A stretch of 64,000 nt of DNA from Vicugna vicugna (taxonomy: Eukaryota), in NCBI GenBank assembly GCA_013265495.1, contig MU057930.1, positions 1,814,057-1,878,056 on the forward strand, read 5' to 3'. Below, piece by piece: positions 50,151 to 62,800 of the stretch. The notes beneath the pieces are model-generated. The model was given only the letters and a program-made list of their open reading frames with translations. It was not told the DNA's origin and did not search any database. The translations under genes were made by a program, and so were the position numbers. Within the stretch, counting starts at the first letter, position 1. Each line of letters starts with the position of its first letter.

Positions 50151-51028
50151 CTGCTCAACATTGCTAATTATCAGAGAAATGCAAATCAAAACTACAATGA
50201 GGTGTCACCTCACACCAGGCAGAACGGCCATCATTCAAAAATCCACAATTGACAAATGCTGGAGAGGCTGTGGAGAAAGGGGAACCCTCCTACACTGCTG
50301 GTGGGAATGCAGTTTGGTGCAGCCACTATGGAAAACAGTGTGGAGATTCCTCAAAAGACTAGGAATAGACTTACCATATGACCCAGGAATCCCACTCCTG
50401 GGCATGTACCCAGAAGGAAATCTACTTCAGGATGACACCTGCACCCCAATGTTCATAGCAGCACTACAATAGCCAAGACACAGAAACAGCCTAAATGTCC
50501 ATCAACAGATGACTGGATAAAGAAGTTGTGGTATATTTATACAGCGGAATACTACTCAGCCATAAAAAATGATAAAAAATAATGCCATTTGCAGCAACAT
50601 GGATGGACCTAGAGATCATCATACTAAGTGAAGTAAGTCAGGCAGAGAAAGACAAATGCCACTTGATATCACTTATATGTGGAATCTAAAAAAATGATGC
50701 AAATGAACTTACTTACAAAACAGAAATAGACTCACAGATGTAGAACACCAACGTATGGTCACCAAAGGGGAAAGGGGAGGAGGGATAAATTAGGAGTTTG
50801 GGATCAGCAGATACACACTAGCATATATAAAATTGATAAATAATAGGATCCTACTGTAGAGGACAGGGAACTATATTCAGTAGCTTGGAATAACCCATAA
50901 TGGAAAAGAATCTGAAAAAAAAAATATATATATATACCTGTATAACTGAATCACTATGCTGTGCACCAGAAACTAACACAGCATTGTAAATCCACTATAC
51001 TTCAACTTAAAAAAACAAAAAAAAAAAA
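50151..51028 (+). mobile_element. 5'-truncated L1 (ORF2 Cys-rich C-terminal domain, 3'UTR, A tail)
   Basis: [22 protein letters not shown]...[19 protein letters not shown]...[11 protein letters not shown] is the L1 ORF2 CCHC region, followed by a frameshift. Confidence 0.95.
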
Positions 51029-51031
51029 GAC

Positions 51032-51198
51032 GGGGGAGTGCATAGCTCAAGTGGTAGAGCACATGCTTAGCATGCATGATGTGCTGGGTTCAATCCCCAG
51101 CACCTCCTCTAATAGTAAATAAATAAGGAAACCTAATTACCTTCCCCCACCAAAAAATGAATGAGTGAATGAATAAATGAAATTCTTAAAAAAAAAAA
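51032..51198 (+). mobile_element. tRNA-Ala-derived SINE in the L1 poly(A) tail
   Basis: gggggagtgcatagctcaagtggtagagcacatgcttagcatgcatgatgtgctgggttcaatccccagcacctcc...aacctaattacc. Confidence 0.92.
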
Positions 51199-51879
51199 GT
51201 GAAAATGCCCCTTGGATTTCTTTCATTAGCAAAAACAGCTTCCAGTATGGGTCTTTGGCAAAGGTGAGGTGGCGTAAACTGAATTTTTGAAAGTGGAGGG
51301 GCGGGGGGCGTCCCTGGACCTGTCCCAGTTGACAAAGCCAAGCCCATCACGAAAACCACAAGAGACGGGAAGCCCTAAAAAGCTCACGACGCCCCTCCCT
51401 GGGCCGTTCCCAACCGTTACTTTATGATTCATAAAATCTCATTCATTTCTTCATTCAGTTTAGTTTCAGGAAAAGCAGGAATATATGAACGAGCTTCCTG
51501 TAGGGTCCCTCCAGTCCAAAACACCCCTCACCTGACACAGGCCGTTAGATCTCACATTCAGCATAGATCAAACAGCATATTCTGGTGGTTTGTAGAAATC
51601 TAACCACAGCCGTTAGGAGAAACAGTAGTGCGAATATTTGTTTAAAAAAATTCAGGGTAACAACATGGCCCTTAGATTTAGGGGAGGAATTTTAATGAAG
51701 CAAGCAAGAGTCCTGAGTGAACGCATAGAAAATCCGGTTTCTAGGACACCAAGGTGAATTAGGAAACACTGACGTCCTAAAATGTGACCTAGAATTGTGT
51801 TTTTCTGACCTACCTCCCAGACCAGATCCTGGCAATTTAATGCTCAAAAATAAATGTGTTCCTATTTCTAGATTATTTG

Positions 51880-52455
51880 CTAAGACATGCTGCAGATACG
51901 TTACCCAATATTGGAGTCTAATTCCAAGTATAAAATAGAGCCCATATTGACAGAAGTAAATGATTAAATAAACAAATGGGGAAGGGGTAAAAAATGGACA
52001 AATCTCTCACGCAGAATAAGGTCAGATGATTTATGGAGCTAGTCTGCGCTCAAGGAGATACAGCGTTTCCTGCCTGGAGCCATAACCGCCGCCCAGCATC
52101 GCGAAGACCGTCACACACGAGGTACCTGCAGCCCTCCTCAAAACAGGCAAGGGCACAAAAGGCAAGGTGAGGAGAGATCGTCACAGCCAGGAGGTGCCTA
52201 AGGAGCTGTAAAGACTAAACGTTATCATGAGATCCTGGAAGAGAACCACACAAATGCTGAGCAGGGACAACCTTCGATACGTGTGGACTTCAGGCGACAG
52301 TACTGCGTAGATATGGTCTCATTAATTGCACATTTATTACTAATGTATATTCATAATGCAAGATGTCACTAGCAAAGGAAACCAGGGGTAGAGAAATTCC
52401 ACATCTTCCCAACGTTTCCGTCAATCTCCAACTAGAAATGAAAGTTTATTTTAAG
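51880..52455 (+). mobile_element. Older L1 (L1MC/MD-like) 3' region
   Basis: cccatattgacagaagtaaatgattaaataaacaaatgggg...ataatgcaagatgtcactagcaaaggaaac...aaagtttattttaa. Confidence 0.6.
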
Positions 52456-54287
52456 GACAACCCAAGATAATATTTTCTCAGGAGTGTCATTCTTACAAAT
52501 TGCTTTCTCAGGAGAGTAATTCACGTGCATATGAACTTGAAAGAAATACGCTTAAAATTTTTATTTCAGTGTACACATAATAGTTCTTCACATTTTGAAC
52601 GTGAATAATTTAGCAAAAAGGAAAAAATCTAAAAGGAGCAAGTAGTGAAAAGAGGGTTTATAGAGGAAATCGGTTGTTCAAGTTTTTAAACTTACTGGGT
52701 GTGACAGGAGGGGAAAGAAACACTGGAGGAATTTACAACTTTGCAATAAATCTCAAATTCCTGAAGAATTAAAAGAGGCCTCGATTTACTCCATCTAGCA
52801 TCATTGGGTTCCTTTGAAACACCCTGGCTTTGATCAGGATACTAAGGGATAATTCAGGTTGTGACATGCTTGGTTCTCCAAGAACATCTATAAACGATAC
52901 AAGAGTCACAGATGACTTGAAGAACCCACCCATATCTGAGTCATGGTGGAGTTTTGCAGAACTGGAGCAGCTTTTGTTAAACCGATGTATCTTAAACTTG
53001 GTCTACATCGTCATCTTCCCTGAGTGTCTTGTCCGCCCTTACATAATCACAGACTGAAGGCTCCGGGGACACTCGGTGGCTTCTGGCAAGACGCACTTGG
53101 GAAAGAAGTGTCTTACTAGGATAGTCAAGGATATTCGTCAGCTTCGTTTATTTATTGAACGAACATGTACTGATGGGATTTGTTGAGACAAATCACAACA
53201 CTCGGCTCCTGTTTATAAGCGGAGACAAAAAAGCATCCTGTTGACACATTCCATCTGGACCACAACAAGGTGCTGCCGACTTTTAAGCCACATCCTCCCA
53301 ATTTCCCCGACATATGCCATCAACGTTACAACCCACTTAAAGCTTGAATGGAACGGAAAGGTCTTAAGAAGAACCAGCCTCTGTAAAATCTCTTCCTGTT
53401 GAACTGGCAGACACACACATACACACGCACACTCCAACATCTGGTAACAGACCATGATGGCACTGAAGTCACTGGGTGCAGCTGTCCGTGAGGATGCAGG
53501 TGGACCACTTCTTTGTGAATCTGCGAATTAGGTATCTCATAGAAAGTTCAGTCAACATCCTTGCCCACTTTCTAAAGGTCTGCCGTCTCAGAAAGCGGGA
53601 CCCTTCACCCTGGAAACTGCCCAAACCCTGCTGATAAGCTGCTACACGTTTGGTTCTGTCTTTCATTAACTCCGGAGAAACAATCTGGAACAGGAATAAA
53701 TGCCAGTCGCCCTGTTGTCACTGCTTGCCATCTATAAGCTATTTTTAAAAAAGCAAACCTACTTTCTAAAGTGGGTCTTCATCTCCAAGCGGCTTCTGGG
53801 AAGACAAAAAAAAAAAACTGAGGGATAATGACGTGGTGATGAAAGAACTTGTGCTTTTACGAGCAAGCGGCTGAGGGGACGGTTGAATAATTCAGCGTCA
53901 GGTGTTCCAGGGCACACGGGTACTAGGAGCGGAGGAGGGGCTGGGAGCAGAGTAGATGCATTTTCCATGAGCAGAGCACTGCACACAGGAACAAAATCAC
54001 GGCATGCCGGCTCTTGAAAATAGAGGCTACTGCATGCATCCTCTTGACAAAAAGCTGAAAACGAAATCTGCGTCAGTGCAAGCATTTCTCCCCAGTTTAT
54101 AGAACATTCGTGCTATTTTGGGTGCAGCTGGGTGAAAATATGGCTAGGGTCTCCTTGGGGAAAGAGATATGTCAACCCAGAACCTTGCATCCCCAGTGAT
54201 GAAGGAGGAGTCGGAACCGTAAAAAACTGGGACGAAGCCTCCCAGGCTTCGGGACACGCAGGGACAAGAAGTGTATGCATATATACG

Positions 54288-54570
54288 ATAAAGCAAAAGC
54301 AGACTCTCAGGGAACAAACCAGTGGTCGCCAGTGGGGAGGGGACCGGGAGGGGAGGGACCAGATGGGCGAAGGGGCTTAAAGGGCACACACGGCCATGTG
54401 CGAAGTAAATAAGGAGCAGGATGTATTATACAGAGCAGGGAACAGGCTCTGTTTTATAGTAACTTCAAAGGGAGCATCAGCTACAAAACTTTTGAATCAT
54501 TATGCTGTACACCTGAAGCTAATAAAGTACTGTCGCTCAACGGCATTCCAATAAAAATAAGAAAATAAAT
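54288..54570 (+). mobile_element. L1 3'UTR with A-rich tail (GC-shifted copy)
   Basis: gaacaaaccagtggtcgccagtggggag...ggatgtattatacagagcagggaac...gaatcattatgctgtacacctgaagct. Confidence 0.8.
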
Positions 54571-54594
54571 GCATGAATTAGCACCATGAAGAGA

Positions 54595-55030
54595 CTGACC
54601 CTCCCCCCCCCGACGCCCCCCCCCCCCCGACCTGCGCACAGCCTGCCCGGGCTTCAGGACCCCCCTTCTGGCCACTTGGGCACTCCCTCGGCGGCGCCCG
54701 CTGCCGGTGTCACGCCGCTCCTGCCCCAGCCCCAGCCCCAGACCCAGCCGCACCCACCGCTGTTCCTGAGCAGGAGGCCAGGGCTGGAGGGAGACCTCGT
54801 TCCAGGACGTGCCCCACAGCCCGTCAGGCCGGGGTCCATGCATCCATCTCCCGGACGACTAGTCTACACCGTCCGTCCCCAGCCTGACGCTCAGCGGCAG
54901 ACCCAGGAAAGCAGAAGCAGTCGCAAGGACGTTCCCCAGTCTCCGCCAGCCCAGGGCAACCAAGGGTCTCTGCCGCCTGCCTCTCAGCCAGGGGACCCCG
55001 TCATCCCACCCTTCCCGGGCACACACAAGC
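54595..55030. promoter_or_regulatory. GC/CpG-rich, C-skewed patch
   Basis: Long C runs at 54598-54628 and many CpGs. Confidence 0.3.
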
Positions 55031-55819
55031 AAGGTCCACACCCCCTCAAACTCAGCGATGGTGCCCTGCATTTGTCCCTCTGATCAGTATCTCAACTCCC
55101 CCTCTTTCCCTGATCGCCCAGAACCACTCTTAACCCTCTGCGGCTTTGAGAATCTCCCCTCCAGCCCACCTGCCCTACGGCCATGGGCCGCCCCACCCCC
55201 CGGCTGCCACTTACAGCACCATCCCTGAAAAGCACTGCCTTTGGCTTCTGTTCTCCACTCTCTGGAGCGCCCCCCACCATGACCTTCAAGCAAAAGGCTC
55301 AGCGGTCAGTCATTTGTGACCCCCACATGATTATACGCAGCACCACCATTTCGCACAGTCAACCCTTTATTTTTTCTTTCCTGAAATGCTGCACACATGC
55401 CTGCGGGGACCTAATTTGCCGTTCCATTGTCCGTCACCACCCACAGCCATGGTCTTTGTGGCGCATCCCCAGAGGAGCGGGGAGTGGTTTCAGCAATCCA
55501 GCGTGAGCGGATGTGGCACAGTCCAAAGACGAGCAGACGCTTGAAGGACCACTGCGCGTTTCCCCCTACCCCTGCCGTGAGCCCGGTCTTCTGGGCTCCC
55601 CCAGCTTGGATTCCAGCATGAGGAAGACACGGAACCGGGCTGACACCACCCCATCATGGGGGTGCATCACCGGAAAAAAACTAAACCGCTCGTGCTGTGG
55701 ATAACTGAGATGATGGTTTTGGGTTAATGCAGTTGGACTCCAAGTGTGTCTCCCTCTTTCTCTCTCCCTCCTCCTCTCCTTCCTTTCTTCTCTCCCTCCC
55801 CCTTTCCCTTTGACCACAC

Positions 55820-56882
55820 CTGCATCTCTACCTACATTCATTTCTCCTGGAAATCCAATTTGGTCTCATAACTTCCAAACCCATCTACTTTCTGATTTCT
55901 CCTCAATGAGTATCTCCAGGCTAGACCTGTCCCTTTCACAATGGCATTCCTGTCCCCAGCTATCCACCAGACATCTCTTGTTGGTTGTGCTTAATCTGAA
56001 CAAAATCAATCTCCTTCTTTCTAAACGACACCACCCACCATCTCTCTGTGCTGAGGAAATGCCAACTCCAGCCTTCCGGTTACTCTGGACAAAAGAACCG
56101 TTGTCAAGTCTGGAGCTGTCTCCACCCATCCTGGGATGGAGCAACAGATGGGTGACGGATGGGATGATGGATTTAATTCATATCCAGTGCATCATCCTTC
56201 TGTCGGTCCTTCCTTTGAAACAGTCCCAGACTCCGAACCCTTCTCGCCCGTCATTCCCCTACCACCATCATCTCTTGACTACATAATGATGAAGGCTACT
56301 TAAGTCATCTCCCTTCTTACAGCTCATTTTCCAACCAGAATGAGAGCGCTCCAGGAAAAGATGTAAATCATAGCTCATCATTCTTCCACTCAAAAGTCTG
56401 CCGTGGCTTCCCATCCCCACTGGTGGAAAGCGGAAGCCCTTTCAATGGCCTGAAGGTCTTGCATGGTGTGATGTCCAGCATCGCAGCATTCTCATCTCCA
56501 CGACTGGGCCCTCATTCTGCATCTCCAGCCACAATGGTCTCCTTGTAAGTCCCTTTCCAGAGTCTGTGCACATGCTGTTCCCTGCTTCCAGAAAACTCTT
56601 CCTTCATTGCCTTCAGACCCCTCGTGGTGGCTTCCAACTACCCCTGCACTTAAAACAACCATGTGCCAGCCCATTCCTGTTACGCCCTATCTACTTGAAT
56701 CTGTATGGTTTTCCTCCACAGCATGAATCACGATCGAAAAACTAGATATTCAAGTATTCATTCATTTTAATTCCCTAAGGGGAAAGATGCTGTCTACTGT
56801 GGTCTGTTATTTAACTGTGTGGAAAAGTGGCTGGCTCCAAGTAGATGCTCAGTAAATAGTTGTTGAATGAATAACCGAATGT
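55820..56882 (+). mobile_element. L2 3' portion
   Basis: gtatctccaggctagacctgtccc...gtggcttcccatccccac...tgcacatgctgttccctgc...gtagatgctcagtaaatagttgttgaatgaat (L2 terminal TGAA repeats). Confidence 0.8.
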
Positions 56883-58675
56883 CTACGCTTAGGAATAAAG
56901 TGGCTCACAGACAGAAGATTTAGAAAGATGGAAATCTTAATCATATTCAGTATCTACTTGGATAATTACACACATACTGTAGGTGTTGATGAAAATGCCA
57001 ACAGAAACATTTCCTAAGTACTCAGAGAGATGACCAGAAGGTATGGAAAGTTTTGAGTCAATACTTGGTGTTGAATTATTGATTTTTTTCTTCAAAAGTA
57101 CAAAACCACTGTGTGACACAAACAACAATTCAAATACATTTTCAGGAAAAAAATACAAGCATCAGGAAAGAATGAAGAAGAAAAAAAATCAGGCAACATA
57201 CATTCAACCTGAGTGTTGGGGGAGACATTAGGGAGTGGTGGGGAGTGTGGCCAAGCGGCCGAGTGAATGCTGTCTCTCAAGGAAACACCTACTCTTCAAC
57301 CACTGGCTCAGGGCTGCCAAATCCTACACATTTTCTGGAGATATTATAAACATGGGGGGTTGTTTAGCCAAAAATTTCCAGCATCTCTGTATGCCCAAAC
57401 ATTTTAACTGAGTACAAGACTTTTTTCAGAGCCTGCAAAGTCAAAGGAGGGTGACTATCAGGGCACCATTATACAGACCTGCCTCCAACTCCGAGAGGAT
57501 GATGTACCAATGAACCCGTCTAACTTAAACATGCTCAGAACACAAAGCTGCTACCAAAACCTCGCTACACAGAACAGAGGCAAGAATCATGATTTACAGC
57601 GAAACAGGCATCTCCGAGCAAGACAGAGAAAGGCCAGTCCCTGAAAAAGAGATGAGTGTTTAGGATGAAAACACTGTTTAGCTGTCAGTGTGCTCTCAGC
57701 ACCCAGCACCATGTCTGGCACTTATTTGGAGCAAAAGAAAAATTAAAAATAATTGGAAGTCATTTGAATGAAAGAATGGCATGGGAGTGGGCGTGGCCCT
57801 TACTCACTCAGTCAAGTCATCGTAAGGTAATAAAATTAGTCACTTCTGGCGTGAATTAAGGACGTCCCGAGAGTCAGGCGCTGAGCTAGGAAGCTGCATA
57901 AATCATCGCCGTCCTTACAACAGGCCTGTGCAGAGGGCGCGGTTTTTAGCCTCAGTTCACCACCAGATAAGCAAGGTTTTTCTACCAGACAAGTGAGGTT
58001 TTTGGCAGGTAAGTCAGCTGTGGGGTGTCGTGCCTCAGAAAAGCAAGGGAAAGGACTCAAAGTGTGGCCCCCCTCGGCGCAGTGCCCCTGCACGGAAAAC
58101 TACAAAGCTTTCTTTATTCTGTTTCCAGCAGGGCTCTGGGGAGACTGGTCACCAGATCTGGGGGCACAGATCACACGGCGAAGAGAAGAGAGCAGTGAGC
58201 ACTTGCGGGAAAGGAGAAGGGAAGAAATACAAAGGAGGAATGAGAATGAAAAACTGCAGTTGGTGGATGCTATGGAACACAGGCCGAAAAAGCTTTAGAG
58301 AAACGGCTGGTCCTGCACGCATCCCCCACGGGAAGTAATGCTAACAAGCCTTAGCCAATGAGTGGGGGTCCTACAGCCTGCTGCTTCTAAGGAAGCATGA
58401 ATTTATCCTTAAATGAATTACAAAGACCTTCATCTGAAGTCCTTACATCCCAGGGAAAATCCTATTCAAGGCCAAAAAGGTCTAAAAAAAAAAAAAATCT
58501 AATTGAAATAAAAAAGTGTATTACCCTAAGGTTTTCAGGTAGGAGAAATCTTACTGTCTAACACAGCCTGAGTTTCAACATACAATATTCTAGAATATTC
58601 AGAATGCTCTCTGGGGTGACTAACCTACGAGTAAAATCCACTGCACTGTTCTGTCTAAATGAAAAGAGCTCCCCT

Positions 58676-58771
58676 GGGAGGGGAGAGCTGAGTGGCGGAG
58701 CGCGTGCTGAGCATGCACGAGATCCTGGGTTCAATCCCCACTGCCTCCATTAAAAATAAAATTTAAAAAAA
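58676..58771 (+). mobile_element. tRNA-Ala-derived SINE (short form)
   Basis: gagctgagtggcggagcgcgtgctgagcatgcacgagatcctgggttcaatccccactgcctcca plus A tail. Degenerate TSD AAAAGAGCTCCCC/AAAACAGCTTCGC. Confidence 0.88.
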
Positions 58772-59899
58772 CAGCTTCGCAAGTTCAAGGGATGTCTTTG
58801 AGCTGGTCCTTATGTCTTTAAGGGCAGGATATTTGGAAACCAATAGAGGAGGTGATGGTAAAAATAAACACTGACATGAGACAGACAGGTCAGCTTGTAA
58901 TGCAATGAAAATTGCTGCCAATCAAAAAGCCTCAGACTTAAAAAAAAAAAAAAAATCCCCAAAGCGGCAAATTGCTGCAGGTTTGTTGGTCCACAAGTTA
59001 ACAATACCACATGGAGAGGTAATAAGATGTTGCGAGAGAATGTTCTCGGAGCCAGATTCTTTTTTTTTTTTTCTTTGAGACATCTGGAAATGGCTTTTTA
59101 TTTACAGAAACAGGAATACTTCAAAACCACTTCAGCCGCAGAATTTTCCACTCCGTTTTCTGAACGCGCCGCCTCCATTTCTGTCCCTGTTTCTCTGAGC
59201 CGACCCTTGGCCTCTTCTGAAATCACGACCGAAGTCGAGGAACAGCTGCTCTCCACGGTGAGGTGGAGGGGGTCCCCGCAGCGGAGCCACCCAGGGGAGG
59301 AAGGCGCCGCCGGCGTGTCCATCACTCCCGCTCACCGTGCGGGGTCACGGCTCCCCCGGCGTCAGGGCTCTGAGTCGGCAAGTGCACAGTGCACGCCTTG
59401 GAAAAAGCAAAGGCCTGAGCTTCCTGCAAACTCCGTAGACGTCTGGTTTCCCACTGCAGTGGGGATTTTAGAGCAATAAAAAGTCGAGCTGGTGAAGCCC
59501 TGTGTGTGTGGCATTCCGTCCTGGTGTCCTACACGCGGCAGGCTGTGTATTTACAACTCAACTTGCTGCATGTCCCAGAGAAGAGACTGCCTGTGCATGG
59601 GACAGGGGAGAAGACAGGAAGGCGGGTCCAGTCCTCGGTCCGGGAGCCAGAAGGAGAGGGGCTTCTAAAGGGGGGCTCGCCTCCCCCTCCAATAGACCTG
59701 GAGGCATTAAATCAAGGGCAGGGCTCTTGACTGGACACTGGACAAAAATTACCTGCCAAGGTATCTGCCGGTCCCAAGGAAATCCATGATAAACTCATAA
59801 GAAATACTTAGCAGTCAGCCAGGAGCACAAACACTAAAAACAAAAAGGACCATCTATTTACTAGAAAGACGGATGGGTTAGATGAACAAACAGAAGGCA

Positions 59900-62800
59900 T
59901 TCCGTGTAAGTCTATGAAATATCCCCCAGTGGATGGAAGGAGACTGGAACAATTATGAGGGGAGCAAGAGAGAGGACAGGGCAAGACAAATAAAGTAACC
60001 GAACTGAAAGTTTCAAAGGATGCGCTGAAATCAGAGAATTCAGCCAAAGAACGCACGCGGGGGCCAAAAGATAGTCATTTTCTGAAAAGGCATCAGGAGA
60101 CAGAAATGGGGGGAAAAATCCCCTAGGTGCCAAAATTCGGAAGACAAATCCACCCATCTTCTAAGACGGGAGGTCTGAAAAGAGACCAACAAAGATGGAA
60201 AGGCTGAGAGGAATTCTGCTCAAAGTAAGAGCTCTTTTCCAGGAGTAAAGAAAAGCGTAAGGCTTACAGCTGAAACCTCACAAAGTAAAGAGCAAGCTTA
60301 TTTAAAAAAAAATATGAAAACTCAACTTCTGGACCAATTACCATGACTTTTAGGAACATAAGTTACACGCAAAACGTGCTGAAGGCTTTCAGTGAGGAAA
60401 AAAAAAGCAGATGCTACGCCAATTTTAGGGGAAATTTAGTTCAGGCGGGCTCTTTCCCACCAGCACAAGAGAGGAAAGCAACACCGGCTACAAGTGGAGC
60501 ATTACTTCCCGCTACTTATCGGATTTTTTATATGGTGAAACTACGCTTTAAATGAAAAGGAAAATAAAATTTGCAAAATTCTTATAAAATGCACTGCATG
60601 TTAAAGCCCTCTTGAAAACACTCTTGGAATCATGTGATTATTTCTACAGGGAGAGACTTGGATGCAGAACAAGGCAATATAACAAAGGTAGGCAGACAGC
60701 GTTGGTAGTTTCAGAAAACAGTCATCTAAAAGAAATTGAAAAAAAAATTAACCTAGACTCAAAATTCCCTTCGAATCCAGCCTGGTTGGGGGTGGGTGAG
60801 GAGAGAGAGATAGTCAAAGAGCATATTAAGTTCATGCCTTGTTCTGGGGGAAATTATGAATATTGGAAAGTTTAATAGGTAACACTAGGAACAGGTATGG
60901 GTCTTATGTTAAAAATATAATTGCAGAATATAACTTTCAAGCAAGGAGAGGAAAACTTGATGAATCCAACCTATAAGAAGGCAGAAGAAGACAAAACAGA
61001 GGGAAAAAAATTGTAAGACAATGACATTAGCCACAGAAACTCAAGAGCTGTATACAATGGGCATTAGGAAAAGCAAAGACAATAAGTAAAAATCCAGCAA
61101 GCGTGCTCAGCAGAATAAACAAACAAACAAAAAAGACACAGATTATATGCTCTAAAAGAACTGTAGTTGCAAAAATACAAATGGCATAAACGGATCCATT
61201 TGGATTACAGTTTTTATCAACATATTGGTGGCAGGAGATACATTTAAAACCCAAGGCTACATGATCCTCAAATAAAAGCAACAGAAAAGATAAAGTATAA
61301 AGTAAGTTCAGTGAAAAACTATATGGGATGTGAATTTAATATCAGGTAAAAAAAATCTTAACCGTCATGATGGGATATTAAATATTGGGAAATGAACAGA
61401 AGAGAGAAAATGTGTAACTGATTCATTTATGTAGAACCCTCAGAGTTAAGCCTGAAAGGATGTAAAAAGAGAAAAATGTATATTACATGTGTACATGAAG
61501 TATATATATATTGTGTGTTAATATTTTTTTCATGTATTTATTTTTCATGTATTTATATTATATAAATTTATATTATATTCATTAAATAATTAATTTATAT
61601 ATATTAATTATATACTATATATAAATATATTTATAATATTGTAACTATGTTATACATTGTACATTTTATTTATGTAATATATCATGTATATTTATAGATG
61701 ATATAATACATAGTTTAAAATTATATTTATAAATATTACATTTAATACCATATTATTATAATATTGATACATAATACAGCTAATGTTTATGCTGAAAGAA
61801 ATGTAAGAAAAAATAAAACGCTCTAAGAAATTAAAATAGCGCCTTCTTTCAATGGCTCAACTTAGGAGACAAAAAGTACTCAAAGACAGAACATTTCAGT
61901 AAGTGTCATCCAAGAGACATACCGGGAAATCTACGCCTGACAAAACACACACACATATTTGCAAATACATATATGCATTTGTATACGTGTGTATATGTCT
62001 GTGTTCACTTTCAAGCACACGCACTGTTTACAAACTGTACTGTTCGTAAGCGGTACTTTAAAGCACCAGCATCACACACCAATACAGTCTTTGACCATAA
62101 ATCAACAGACTTAGAAACCAACAGTTTCGAACACCCCATAGAAGTGTCAGAACACTTAAATATGTCTGCGTGTATGCGTGTATACCTTTAGGCTAAAGGA
62201 AAGATACAAAATACTTGGAATTCAGTGATAATGTAGGCATCACATGTACAGATATGATGGGCTCAAAGAAATGTTTACATGGATAATTAAAACTTCAGAT
62301 ACACTTACAAGATAATGAGAGAGAGTGGAAATAAATGAGCCACGGGGGCAAACAAACAAACAAAAATCCTCGAATAATAGGAACAATATAAACCCAAGTA
62401 AATAATGAAATAATGTAAGACAGAGATAAGAGTAGAAGTCTGTGAAATAGGGAACAAGCAAACAGTTGAGCTAATTAGCAAAATGAAAGCTAGTTTACTG
62501 AAAAGCTCAGTATTATAAGCAAACATCTGGTGAGACTGTTCAAGCAAAATCAAGAAATAATGAAAATAAATGAAATAAGAGCAAAATCAGTTCAAGTAAC
62601 CCTAAATAAAATAACAATATGAAAATACAAAGTAAAACTTTAATGATATAGCACTGATGCTAGAAAAACCTAAATTTGAATAAATACTTGAGAAAATAAT
62701 GATAAAGCTTGAACACAAATAAATAGATTTAAATAAATTAGCTAAACATTATTAATATTATGAAATAAATAAAGAGTCTCCCACATGAAAACTCAGCAGC

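Noticed and set aside
50026..50472. Protein-coding ORF (148 aa), and likewise 32509-32712
   Set aside because: These are fragments of 5'-truncated L1 ORF2 with frameshifts.
51032..51110. Functional tRNA-Ala genes (also 14364, 18497, 43797, 49519, 58676)
   Set aside because: The copies are diverged, have broken stems, and carry A tails, mostly with a shared non-tRNA 3' segment. They are SINEs.
59098..59479. CpG-rich patch with ORFs on both strands
   Set aside because: No recognisable product and no convincing splice context.
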